DNA of 55,638 nucleotides, filler included, from Sphacelaria rigidula (lineage: Eukaryota): the NCBI GenBank assembly GCA_964200075.2. It is 5 parts of 5 records of this genome, joined end to end, with 100 filler letters (N's around TTAATTAATTAA, not from the genome) between each part and the next. Parts side by side here need not be neighbours in the genome. Positions count along the whole stretch, not along the records: positions 1 to 11,048 come from CAXNAA020005475.1; 4 more parts are not named here. The stretch is one strand, 5' to 3'. The translations under genes and the position numbers were made by a program. The notes below the pieces were generated by a model. It worked only from the letters and a program-made list of their open reading frames with translations, was not told the DNA's origin and searched no databases. Positions 1 to 11,148 of the stretch are shown here, one piece after another; positions within the stretch are counted from its first letter, which is position 1, and each line of letters begins with the position of its first letter.

Positions 1-215
1 GAAGATTTTAATCCTCCGGGTTCTCATCCTCAATGAAAAGCATCATCCTCAACATAGATGATCGGCTGTTTGTAGTAGTTGTCAAAAGTTATTAGTAGGT
101 GAAGAAATTGAACCATATTTCGATATTTGGTGTGGATACGAAGATTTTCATCCTCCGGGTTTCTCATCCCCGATGAAAGATCCATCCCCAATTTGTAAGA
201 TCCCGTGTTGGTAGG
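1..215. repeat. Degenerate direct repeat, about 139-bp period (two partial copies)
   Basis: gaagattttaatcctccgggttctcatcctcaatgaaa at 1 recurs as gaagattttcatcctccgggtttctcatccccgatgaaa at 140. Confidence 0.6.
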
Positions 216-688
216 GTTTCAGGGATCGCTTTCCACTTATATTTTGGGTACGACCCCTAGCACTCTACCCTAATTCGAGTACGTCAAGTACGTCTTTCAA
301 AATACCCCACAATTGAGTATACTCTACTCGACCTGTCCTTGAATCCTTCCATATTCCAGAACTCGCTTTCTATGGTGTGTGACAGTGATTTGGCTTGGAC
401 TCACAGCAAAACTACGCCCACTGATATCCACCGACGTGATCTGAAACCTCCAAGAGGATAGAGGTGGAGCCATCCGCTTTACCCTCTTCGCATGCGAAGA
501 ACGCTGTCAAAGGGGTACAACGTGTACTGTTTCAAACAAAAATCGTTTTCTATCCCAAAATATCACACGGTGTCATCGGGCCAGCCTCGAAAACCAACTA
601 CCAGTGTAGTGCAATTTCCAAATGTCTCCCAAGATGTCGTCCGTTTTGAAATTCCTACGAGGGGATCTCGGGCATTCGCCATCACCTG

Positions 689-750
689 GAGGGTTTTCAA
701 CATCGGAGTCTCCCTCTAGAGTGTTTTCAACATCGGGGCCTCCCTCGAGG
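689..750. repeat. 30-bp tandem duplication
   Basis: gagggttttcaacatcggagtctccctcta / gagtgttttcaacatcggggcctccctcga. Confidence 0.75.
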
Positions 751-1521
751 GGTTGGGTCAATATTGAAATCCTCTGGATCGTTTCTGAGGGCACTGGTAT
801 CGTGGAAATCCCATGCTGGTTAGAGCATATATACGTGATTTGTATATCAGTGGCTATCTTTGTGAGATGGATTACGCCCGCATGGTTTACTTTATTGGCA
901 TGAAATGATGCCATTCGCTTCCACCACCGAGGATAGCAATGCGCCCACTAAACCCAGGGCATCTGTCTGTACACGACTTGCCTCTGCCAGGGCTCCGCAT
1001 GTTGTCGCGAGGCCGTTCACCTCCCCTCGTTGGGACATCCCCGAGCAGTTATTGATCGCCACCGATATGTTGAGAAATATCTGAGTCATTCGATGGAGTA
1101 CGGCAGGAGGGAGGCGGAGCATGCAGGGAGATGGAGCGCATGGCGCAGCGTGACGGTTGGCAATTACATCTAAATACAGAGTTACATCAAAGCAAGCCGA
1201 CAGGAAGTGCACTGCAAAACTAGTCATGTACGACAAAGTACCAGGAAGCCAGGGAGACTCTGCAGCCATGGCGAAAGTTTGAATACTGAGCAACACGCGA
1301 GCGAGTTGACACGACATGTGTTGTCAAAGCAACCACGTACAACTGAGCACCAGCACGTGGGAACAATTTTGTGACGGTGACGACACAACGAAGAAGGAGC
1401 ACTGTACGAACCCACACAGCGCGCCTGCGAGGACACAATCGCGTAGCTGTCAGCAGTGCAAATCGACAGGAAACCCTGACACTGTGGTCACGCAACACGA
1501 CGCACGATCTAATATGGGTCA

Positions 1522-1733
1522 ACACCTCAGCCGCGGTACCACATGTTGAGAATCTAGACGATGGAGTCCATTTTCGTTGCGTTTGAATGAAGTCGTCCCA
1601 GCGAGATAAGCGGTACAACTTATGACAGTTTAAGGAAACCATGAACCAGGTATTGTTTTGACGGAGTACCTGTTAGTGGTAATCTACAGTCTACTTGTCT
1701 AAAAGTGATGTTTCAAGTACGATATTGCCGGAG
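1522..1733 (+). repeat. Diverged direct repeat, copy 1 (copy 2 at 10680-10890); probably copia 3' non-coding region
   Basis: acacctcagccgcggtaccacatgttgagaat...tttcaagtacgatat aligns collinearly with acacctcagtcgcggtaccacaggttgaaaat...tttcaagtacgatac. Confidence 0.7.
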
Positions 1734-2105
1734 TAGGCGTGTTGCCATGTTTTGGCACAGAAAGATACTCTATGAGAGGATCAAGGCCACATAACCCGCA
1801 GGATATCTCGTGGGTGAGATTGCAGTTGATCTATGCCAAGAGCTGGCAAGGCTACTGCATCAGCAGCTGTGTCGTTGTCTAACCACATGATATAGCTTCG
1901 TTGGGCACAGGGTGCAAAATCGGCTACGTTCCGAAAGTGATGAGTGTTTATTCGAGTAAACAGGGTTCTCAGTGTATTCTACGGCACTGATTAGATGACA
2001 CGGTACCGGGGTACATGCCTTTATTGAAGTATTGTCAAACTGAGTCCTCGTGCATGTGAACTAGGATTGATTCGGGTGCAATCTACTGCAGGTAGGGTGT
2101 ACATT

Positions 2106-2361
2106 GGAGGAGGAGAGATGATGGACCAATCATGGGGTCGATGTTGTGCTACGACTAGATGCGCCGCATAGAAGGCGGTGCACTCTGATGCCCGCATTGC
2201 CCCACGTCATATTTGTACTTTCGAAATTTACGAATCATGCATGCTTGGTGTTTGGTGGCAGCTCGTGGAGCTTGCATGGTCCACGTCTGGTGAGTCGAGG
2301 GTATAAGACGTTCAAACAAGAGTTAATACACATTCTCTTTTCCAGAGAACCTCGTCCAAGA
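2106..2361 (+). mobile_element. Putative polypurine tract (2106-2118) plus LTR (2119-2361) upstream of copia gag
   Basis: ggaggaggagaga is followed directly by TGATGGAC. GTCCAAGA at 2354-2361 is an imperfect inverted match. TATAA-like and AATACA-like signals lie inside. No clear PBS or partner LTR was found. Confidence 0.3.
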
Positions 2362-5084
2362 GGCTTTCACTTACACTTGCGGATCGAGAGCTTCGGAGGC
2401 ACGTTTGAGTGTAACCGATTCCAGTCAATGAGCAGAGGGACGTTGAAAGAGAATATCACGCGTCGAGCGTTTAGAGCAGTGCAGGGCATAACAGCGTTAA
2501 ATGCCGTCAAGCACAACAAAAGAAACATTTCAGCAGAACAGCAGAATTTGAGCCTTTATTGCCGGCAAGCAGCACAGCAGAGGCATTTGAGCATTGATTA
2601 CAGCCAAGCAATGGCTAACACAAAAGAAGAAAGCACCGGAGAAATGTTAGCCGAGAAGCTACGGCTGATGAAAGTCGAGCAAGCAGAAATAAAAGAGGCC
2701 GCGATGCAACAAGCAAAACGTGATGCGATTGTCGAGTACGGGAGAAAGCGAAGCATGCAAATCGAGGGTAGAGCTGTACAGGACAACCCGACAAATGAGG
2801 GCGCGCCTGGAAGAACCCATTGACCAAGTCCCCCTATACAGTATACACGGCAATATGGATAGCAACCATACATGGGTGGGCAGAGAGCCAGCACAAATAT
2901 TGTAGGAGTATCCAAGCATAACCGTATTCCACCTTGGTATGGATCGGTAAAGGCAAGTGAATCTCTCGTCAATGTTTCGGGTTTTTTATGTTCATATTTG
3001 CGCCTAGTTTTAACAAGAAAAGTGTGTCGAATCCCTTTCCCCACAGTTCTGCATTCGGGTGTTTCATGAACCGCAGGAGGAACTGAGGAGACAGCATCGG
3101 TATGTCGCAGTAGATAAGGATCACCAAGCTTGAGACTTAATCTTCGAAATAATCACAGTACCTCAGAGAGTCAAGCATCTGGCAATTCCAGGTTCACCTA
3201 GCGAAGCATGGGATCATTTTGTTCAGTACTAAAGCGTTTACCTCACTGTTGAAAAAGCCCGCCTGGAGCAAGAACAGACCAATCTCGAGATGGGGTTGGG
3301 TGAATCACCTCTGATCTTTTCGAGCAGGGCAGACCGGATAAGATACAAAGATAGCAATATGATGTAGTGATTGCCGAGTTTGAAGCCAACAGGCGTTAGG
3401 TGCGCCGTCTGTCATTGGGTTTCGACACTGAAAGGAGCAAGTAGCTTTCGATGCCTGAGATTGATATTTCAACATAAGAACGTACCGTCAAAACTGCAAA
3501 GGCTGAATTGGAGTTGTCTAGAAGCGGGGTAGGATCGCCGAAAAATAATGTTTTTGCCGCTGCAGCCAATCATGTTTCCCAAAGTGGCGCGTTGGTGGGA
3601 CGACGGGACAGTGGGGGGCAGAAGGCGAAGCCACCCGGATGTTTGCTGCCACCACAACCACAACCCCGATTTACGACATGTGAAGCACAAATGACAACCG
3701 CGCTCACATACTCGATGCCGAGAATACTGCCCCGATCGCAGTGAGTATCATATCTCGAATCAACATCCCACATCTTCATCACTACCACTTCCCACAAATC
3801 CTCCTCATGCAATTCACGCCAATGGAATGGATACTATGATGGGGGTCTTGATTGCCACGCACGAAGTGATGGCCGAGGGAATTGTTGACTGCCGACAAGG
3901 TAATCGAGATATGAGACGCCCGGGACAGCGTGCCCCGCATCACGGGGGAAAACAACCCTTTCATGATTACTTCTCCGAGGGCTTCCACTCTCATGAGAAT
4001 TTTGTACAACGTCATGAGGATCTCGACACTGACGCCAACTTCGCCCAAGAGGACGGGAACGGTTTTGATGGTACTGGTCACGCGCACTGCGTGCAAAGCC
4101 AGCCACCGATATCTCCGAGCTCCCAGATATCCCCGTCTCACCAACCACAGCCCCAGCACCACACACACCAGCCGAATGTCTTCTACACATCAGCGTACCC
4201 CCACCAACACCCACAACATCCTCTTCCACCAGCATACTATTATTACCCTTACTATCCTACTCATCCGCACACTCCACACCAGCGACACTACCAAGCTGCA
4301 GCCCCTCCATGGACTTCAGCACGTCCTGCCGATGTGTCACAACAGCCGGAGCATCTGCAGTTGTTCATGGCGCGTTCCATGCCCGAAGGGGAGTCTCGTT
4401 TTCGACTTAGTGATGTTGATATGCGTAGGTATGATATGCTACGTAGTGGGACTGCATCGAGTAGGGGTGACAGTGCGGAGGAATGGATCAACGATACGGG
4501 TGCTTCACACCACGTCACACGGAATATGGATAGCTTTTTTTTATTCACGACCCTATCCTCAAGGCATCGAGAACGTAATAATGGGTGACGGGACCACATT
4601 CCCAGTCAAGGGGATAGAGAGTCTAAATTTAAGATTCCAGGTGGGATCTTTGCATATTTCTGCTCCCCCCACATATATTTGTGTCCAATCGACCCATGTC
4701 TACGTGGTAGAAGGTATCAGGTTTCATTTTTTCTCCCTCCATCGCGTGCGGCAGAGACACGATATAATTCCAAATTCGACTGAGGTGCAATTATGTAACG
4801 GCAGCTCACGTTTCGGCCGCACGTCGCGATCTTCATCGCAGCTGGTCACGCGTCCCCATCATTATATGGCTGTATTATGGCGCCTACAGCCGTAACCCCT
4901 TTATTACCTCATGATGAAAATGGTTCTTCTGCGTCTGTAGAGCTTCGCTCTTCGCCTGACACCCCCACATCGAGTAGCGGAACGTATTCTTCCCCTACTC
5001 CTGTAAAGTCGTTGTGCCTCAGCGAGCGAAATATATTTTCCGTCACCCACTAGCGGAGTTAGTTCGCTTTCTGCTATGGCTTAT

Positions 5085-5830
5085 TCTCCCTCTACTGTAG
5101 AGTCCCCACCACGGAGTGCTACGCCTGTGTTCAAGATTGTACCTTCGCCCTCTACTGTAGCGTCTGCAGCAGCGCATGCTGCGCCCATGTCCGCCAAAAC
5201 AATAACTTTGAACTCCACAGTAAAGTTTGATCATCCTACAACTGTAGAGTCCTCCCGTGTTTACACAGAGTCTGATTGCTCGCGTTCTACGGCGGAGTCT
5301 TCACCGACAACTGCCCGGCCTGTTTTCGATGAGTCTGATTTCACGCTCTCTACTGTAGAGTATGATCTCCCTACTACTGTAGAGTTTTCCCTGTTTACGA
5401 TGAGCCTGATTCCTCAACCTACACCGTAGAGTATGATCTTCCTACTACTGTAGAGCCTGATCTCCCTACTGCTATAGAGGTTTCCCCTGCTTTCGAAATG
5501 TCTGATTCTTCACCCTTCATTGTAGAGTCTGGTCTCTCAACTACTGTAGAGGGTTTGCCCGTTTCCGCTGAGTCTAACTCCTTGCGTTCTTCGGTAAAGC
5601 CTTCACCGACAACTGCCCGGACTGTTTTCGATGAGTCCGATTCCTCGCCCTCTAGTGAACAGTCTGATCTCCCTCCCTACTACTGTTCGGCGTGCTTAGT
5701 CCCGGCTTTGTAAGGATGCGAAGTCAATGGTCTTCTGACTACAGTATGCATGATCATGAGTACGCCCTACTACTGTAGAGGGTTTCCCCGTTTCTGCTGA
5801 GTCTGATTCCTCGCGTTTTACAGTATAATC
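5085..5830 (+). repeat. Degenerate 24-27-bp minisatellite encoding ESDLPTTV-like units in the copia A linker
   Basis: Recurrent ctactactgtagag and gagtctgat units; larger block duplication at about 5270-5390 vs 5570-5690. Confidence 0.8.
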
Positions 5831-5834
5831 TTCA

Positions 5835-6608
5835 GGCGGGGTCTTATCAGAAGTGATCATCACTTTTGAAAAAATCACTTTTGGAGAAGTGATTGCCCCC
5901 ACAACAACCAGTGCTGTCTTATCGATAGGCCGTTTTGTTCAGATCGAAGCCCAGATCTGCGTACAGGTGAAAAATGCGGCGGTTCTGGAAGTGGCCGTTA
6001 GTCCCAAAATCTCTGTCCTGCCGCGGACAAGACGCAAAGAGGTAGCGCAGCGTCGGCACACCTAGACACGAAAACAGACGGATAAACATTCACCACTCAC
6101 GCGCATTAGCTCAAGCGCTAGCTCTTGATCATCTACACACGACAGCCTTTGTTTGACGGAGATCCGTTCAGTATTAGATGAAAAGCGGCCGCGTGCGTGT
6201 CAACTAGCAACCGAAAACGTGTTGTTGCTGACTGTTTTTGAGCGTGCGCTGTGCGCGCGTCTCACGCAAATCATCATTTCTCACTGAATTTTGAACCGAT
6301 TTGAACAAGGTCACGCACAGCGTGCTCAGCTTATGAGCAGCAATGAATGGAGCGGTGTGTCTTGGTTTGGGAGGGTAATGCAATCCTCAGGTTCACGTTT
6401 GATTGTCTTGACTTGTCTGTCAAGATTTCGGTTATGCTCCTGTCAACGGGATTTTCTATGTTCCCGTTCGAGGTGTCACAAAAGCACTTTTACCAAAGTG
6501 ATTTTTTGGCACTTTTCGGAGGGGGTGGTATCGCAGCAATCAATCATTGGTCGTGTTTTACAAAAGTGATTTTTGAAAAGTGATTATCACTTCTGATAAG
6601 ACCCCGCC
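5835..6608. mobile_element. PIF/Harbinger-type (Tourist-like) MITE, 774 bp
   Basis: About 48-bp TIR ggcggggtcttatcagaagtgat... / ...atcacttctgataagaccccgcc; 3-bp TSD TCA at 5832-5834 and 6609-6611. Confidence 0.85.
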
Positions 6609-7492
6609 TCATCGGCGCATGATGCATCCACGGCTACCGTATAGCAGAAGTTGCTTGTTTTATGGAGACCCCGAGTGAGGAAAGAGATATTGCATACTGT
6701 TCCATCAGTGTTGGCTCACGCGAAATCTCCGCCGAAGGAGTTGCGTCTCCCCCCTCAGAGTCACTGTCCAGCCTGCTGCCGCTCACAAGCGTTATGCTTA
6801 TGTGAGGAAAATCTTGAACACATTTGACAGAAAACTGGGACCGATGCAACGAACCATTCCTCAACGTTTCATGTCTGTCGACAACTGGTTTAGCAGCAAA
6901 ATTTCTTTTGCATTTTCAGGCGAAGGGCTCCGAGAAACCAAAAGACAAACGTGCAAGGGGAGGTCTGGTTGCAATCACCCAAACTCCTGCAAACAGAGAC
7001 GCTGTATTTCGAAGAGACAACTGGACAACTTCACCATGTCACCAGGGCAGGATCGGGACGTTCTCTCGCGAAAGTATATCAGCTCCGTGACGAGCTCGTC
7101 GACATAGGCGAAGTTATCTCGGAGGAGAGATTGACTGCCACAGTAATCGAAGGTCTAACCAGCGATTATGATCAGATCGAATACAACGCTGACCGCGACC
7201 CACACTTTAGCATCGAGGAGATAGAAACTACGATGCGCAACGTATATGCTATAGCAGATCCCATGGCTGTGATTCATCAATATTGGTGGCATCACTGCCG
7301 AACGCTTCGAATCGATCCTCGAAACTTGGGGGAAATGTTACTCCTGCGGTAAATCAGGCCATCGTATGCACGACTGCCATTCCAGACAATAATCCAGTGA
7401 TAAGAACAGGCCTGTAAGGCGGTGAGGTCTTCCCCGCACTGATAAGCATGACGATTCCGAGTGTAACAGCCAATGCAACAACGGCAATTGCG

Positions 7493-7548
<56 letters not shown>
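7493..7548 (+). repeat. (ACA/ACG)n trinucleotide microsatellite inside copia B gag
   Basis: acaacaacaac...acgacaacgaca. Confidence 0.9.
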
Positions 7549-9636
7549 TTCGACGGACACCAACGCGAAGCTAATACTGCCACCGCGGATTCAGCTTCTA
7601 CGACCGCGCCATCGAACAATCACAGTCAACGAATTCCAATATCTTCAGCTTCGACAGTGACCGATACATCTCCACCACCAAACGGCATGGGTCGTTCTTT
7701 CCTTCTTGGTTCACATGTCACTGACAACCTTTGTACACCCGACCGAAGTTCCTCTAGGCCTACGGTCGACAGTGGCTCAAGCGGGCGTTCCATGAACAAT
7801 CAGTTGTTGCCCTACACCGAACAAGAAATTATCGAGTATGTGAAGCTTGATCCTCCCATGAATAACTTTACTGCTGGACGTCATCTACTACATGGTACGA
7901 AAAGACGCGCTATCAACAACGTCGTCACTGATTCTGCAGGGAACCAGCGCTTTATTCGGCTCCCTGGCGTGATTATTTCAGGTCTGAGGAAACATCTGTT
8001 CTCACCTGTAGAAGCACTGACGAAGGGTTTTTCCACCATGTTTTATAGTAACTTCTACCCAGACCTTGAAAGCGTCAAAGTGCTAATCAACAGTGGCTTT
8101 AATGAAACACTTCACTACATCCACTTGAAGATTTGTAAAAAATCGGGGACCATCAACTGCAGCTTGGGACTAACGGCCACAATCATGTCATGGGAACTTA
8201 TGGACATCGACACTGTTCTTGTAGCAGGAACAGTTCAAGGCATAACTGAAGACTCAACAGCTTCATTCGCCATGGTGGAAGCAGACGTATGGCACAAGCA
8301 ACTCGGACATCCCATGGAACAGGTCATGTGCCGTCTACGTAATATCTCCGAACCAGGTGTGAATTTTGAAGGTTCGCTCTTATCTTGTGAAACCTGCAAA
8401 ATTAATAAGAGCGAACAGCAGGAACTAGCTATTTTGCTTGGGCTTCGCGTGTACTGCCTTTGGTCAGACCGCGGGGGTGAATACAATGCGGACTCCTTTG
8501 GAAGATACTGCAAAACAGCGGGTATTCTCCAAGAGTTTACACCCGCCAACAAGACGGAATTTCCGAACGAGGCGGAAAAACTATCCTGGATATTACACGC
8601 TGTCTTCTAAATGAAGCGAACCTGCCGGAAATCCTTTGGGGGGAAATTGCGGCAACTGCGGTCGATCAACCGCTTGTCGCACACAAGCATCGACGCAGAC
8701 ACCTCATACCATCGAATCTTTCTCAAGCAACCGGTACTGCCATTTTTTTTAACCCTCGGTTCGAGGGCGTTTGTGCACAAGGAGCGTCATCGGAGTAAAA
8801 TGGAAGAAAAGTCTCGGGAAGGAGTATTAGTAGGGCGTGATTCTGATAGCCCATCTTACCGTATCTACGATCGTTACTCGGGAATGATATCTAGCTCGCG
8901 GAACGTTACTTCCATCGAACAAGCAGTCAGAGCTTCCTACAGTGACGAAGATTCTTTCACACCAGATATCCTGGGGACCTACATCTACACCACGATGAGA
9001 GCAACGACTTCGACCTCGACATCTACGACGGAATCACCCAGCTGGAAGATACTAACATCAACGACACTTCACTAATCGAAGGTCCGCCAATAGCCCCAAT
9101 GCGATTGAACTGGCGGTATCAACCACCCCTCATCCGCACCTTATAACCAACATCAAGCCAGAGAGCTACGGCGACTAGCTTTCACAACCTACAGAGCAGT
9201 TACATACTACTACGACACCGGAAACTGTACGCCAGTACATCTGTACTGTGGGGTCGAACAGGCTGTACCACCTGCGTTCATTCCGGCTCCTAGCAATTAT
9301 CGCCAAGCATCCTGGTCGCCTTATGCAAACAAAAGTAAAGAGTAGCTATGCTGGACGAACTTCGAAACACAAAAAACCTTCAGGTGGCCGGCATCATCCC
9401 GGGCAGTTCCGTCACTTCGAACAACATCATCGGCACGAGGTGGGTCTTCAGAGTCAACGCCGACGGATGATTCATAGCGCTGCTGGTAGGTCAAGGATGG
9501 GCTCACAGGCATGGGGTGGACTGCGGAAGTACCTTTGCTCCCGTTTGCCGGCTAGAAAGTCAGCATTTGCTAATGGCAAATGCAACTACCAACAATTGGC
9601 CTGTTTTAGCCCTCGACGTCTGGATAGCATTATCAC

Positions 9637-9746
9637 CCCTTAGGTAAATCATTGACGATTTTTGTTTTTGCCAATCGGCATGATTTTCCATGAAGGAAAA
9701 TCATCCCGATTCGCATAACAAAAATCGTCAATGCGTTCCAAAAGGG
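9637..9746. mobile_element. 110-bp hairpin MITE with CCCTT...AAGGG ends (piggyBac-type) inserted in copia B RT
   Basis: Arms cattgacgatttttgtt / aacaaaaatcgtcaatg and atgattttcc / ggaaaatcat. The RT frame (LALDV.IAL | LHKKLQETMFCRQPPG) resumes on the other side. Confidence 0.75.
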
Positions 9747-10679
9747 TTGCACAAGAAGCTACAAGAGACGATGTTTTGCAGACAACCCCCTGGCTTGGAG
9801 ACTTCAGATCCAACGACAAGAGAACCACATGTGATGTGACTTTCCCGCGCTTTCTATGGTCTCCGTCAATGCCCGAACGTGTGGAACTTCACGAGCAACA
9901 CAGAGTTGCGGAAAATAGTTTTTTCAGCTAGTGCAAGCGACCCATGTGACTACACGAAAGGGTTTCATGGTGGGTACATAATGCTGACACCTTTCGTAGA
10001 TGGTATACTGATGACAGGGCCGTCCATCGACGCACTACAACATGTTCAAGATAGGCTGAAGACAAGGCTCTCCATATCCGAGCTGGGACCGGTATCTCCC
10101 ATCCTTGATATGGAGGCAACCATAGATGAAGCGCGATAAACTCAACTCGCTATCGCAGTCACACCCATATAGGTTGGGGCAGAAATATAATACGACAGCG
10201 ATATATCAGTAAAGGGCGTGTTATGTTTTTGCTTGACTTGCTCTCTTGCACAAATGTTGCGAAGCATGATTGTGGGTATAAACAGATGAAAGATGCCGGC
10301 GCAAATTATTGTCGTACATCGCAGGACACAGTGAACCACCTGGATCGCGAAACATATACATGATTTCTTCTTGTCTTGATTGTTTCATTGAGAGCACATG
10401 ATGCTATCCAAGCTTCGGGGAACACGCTGTAAAAACAGTACATGGTTCGTTCTTTTTGCAGGGCTCATGGAATCTGATGTCCATGCAAGTAGCGCATACG
10501 CATACGTATGCATGCGGATGGAAGTCTTACGTGTAAACCAGTTCGAGCTGACGTTGGTTGAAGCATGACCGTACAGTAGAATAGATGGATGGTACAACAG
10601 TACGATGTGTGCTGTTTCGTCTGACTGCATTGCCTAATTCACTTCGTGTGTTGAGTACGCTATGTTTCTTTGGTGACGA

Positions 10680-10890
10680 CACCTCAGTCGCGGTACCACA
10701 GGTTGAAAATCAAGACGGTGCAGTCTAGATTCATCGCGTTGGAATGAAGTCATCCCACCAAGACAAGCGACAAAACTTATGACGGTTGGAGGAAGTCACG
10801 AACCACGTATTATTTTCACGGAGAACCTCTTTCTACGGCCATCCATAGTCTACTCGTCCAAGTGACATTTCAAGTACGATACTCGCGGGA
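10680..10890 (+). repeat. Diverged direct repeat, copy 2 (see 1522-1733), followed by PPT-like gagtggggg at about 10981
   Basis: Collinear similarity to 1522-1733; lies downstream of copia B RT. Confidence 0.7.
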
Positions 10891-11048
10891 GACAGCGCCA
10901 CACGAGCCAACATTCACAACACTATACCCGCACCCACATATCAAGTCGAGTCGCACGTGCATCAAAATCGGCGATATTTAGAGTGGGGGTATACTCACAA
11001 TCATGCATGCAATAGTCATGAGACCATTGACCTCGCATCCCTACAATG

Positions 11049-11148
11049 NNNNNNNNNNNNNNNNNNNNNNNNNNNNNNNNNNNNNNNNNNNNTTAATTAA
11101 TTAANNNNNNNNNNNNNNNNNNNNNNNNNNNNNNNNNNNNNNNNNNNN
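11049..11148. other. Artificial contig linker
   Basis: N44-TTAATTAATTAA-N44 (stops in all six frames). Confidence 0.98.

Larger units (their letters stand above)
2611..6780 (+). pseudogene. Ty1/copia element A: decayed gag (UBN2-like), aspartic protease and Ser/Thr-rich linker; truncated before integrase
   Basis: SPSEAWDHFVQY...EKARLEQEQTNLEMGLGESPLIFSSRAD (about 3195-3335, UBN2-like). EWINDTGASHHVT (about 4480-4520) continues after a poly-T frameshift as VIMGDGTTFPVKGI...VYVVEGIRFHFFSL, the copia protease. Several stops and frameshifts. Confidence 0.8.
6800..10170 (+). pseudogene. Ty1/copia element B: decayed gag-PR-IN-RT
   Basis: gag VYQLRDELVDIGEVISEERLTATVIEGLTSDY. PR TVDSGSSG. HHCC VWHKQLGH...CETC. 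IN SDRGGEY and SH3 EGVLVGRDSDSPSYRIY. RT IIGTRWVFRV, TFAPVCR, FYGLRQCPNVWN and FVDG (decayed YVDD). The IN-before-RT order is copia. Confidence 0.9.

Noticed and set aside
7338-7660. Poly-Thr, poly-Val and poly-Leu ORFs
   Set aside because: Frame translations of the (ACA)n microsatellite inside copia gag
11093-11104. TTAATTAATTAA as a piggyBac target or regulatory motif
   Set aside because: Identical in all four N linkers; artificial six-frame stop spacer
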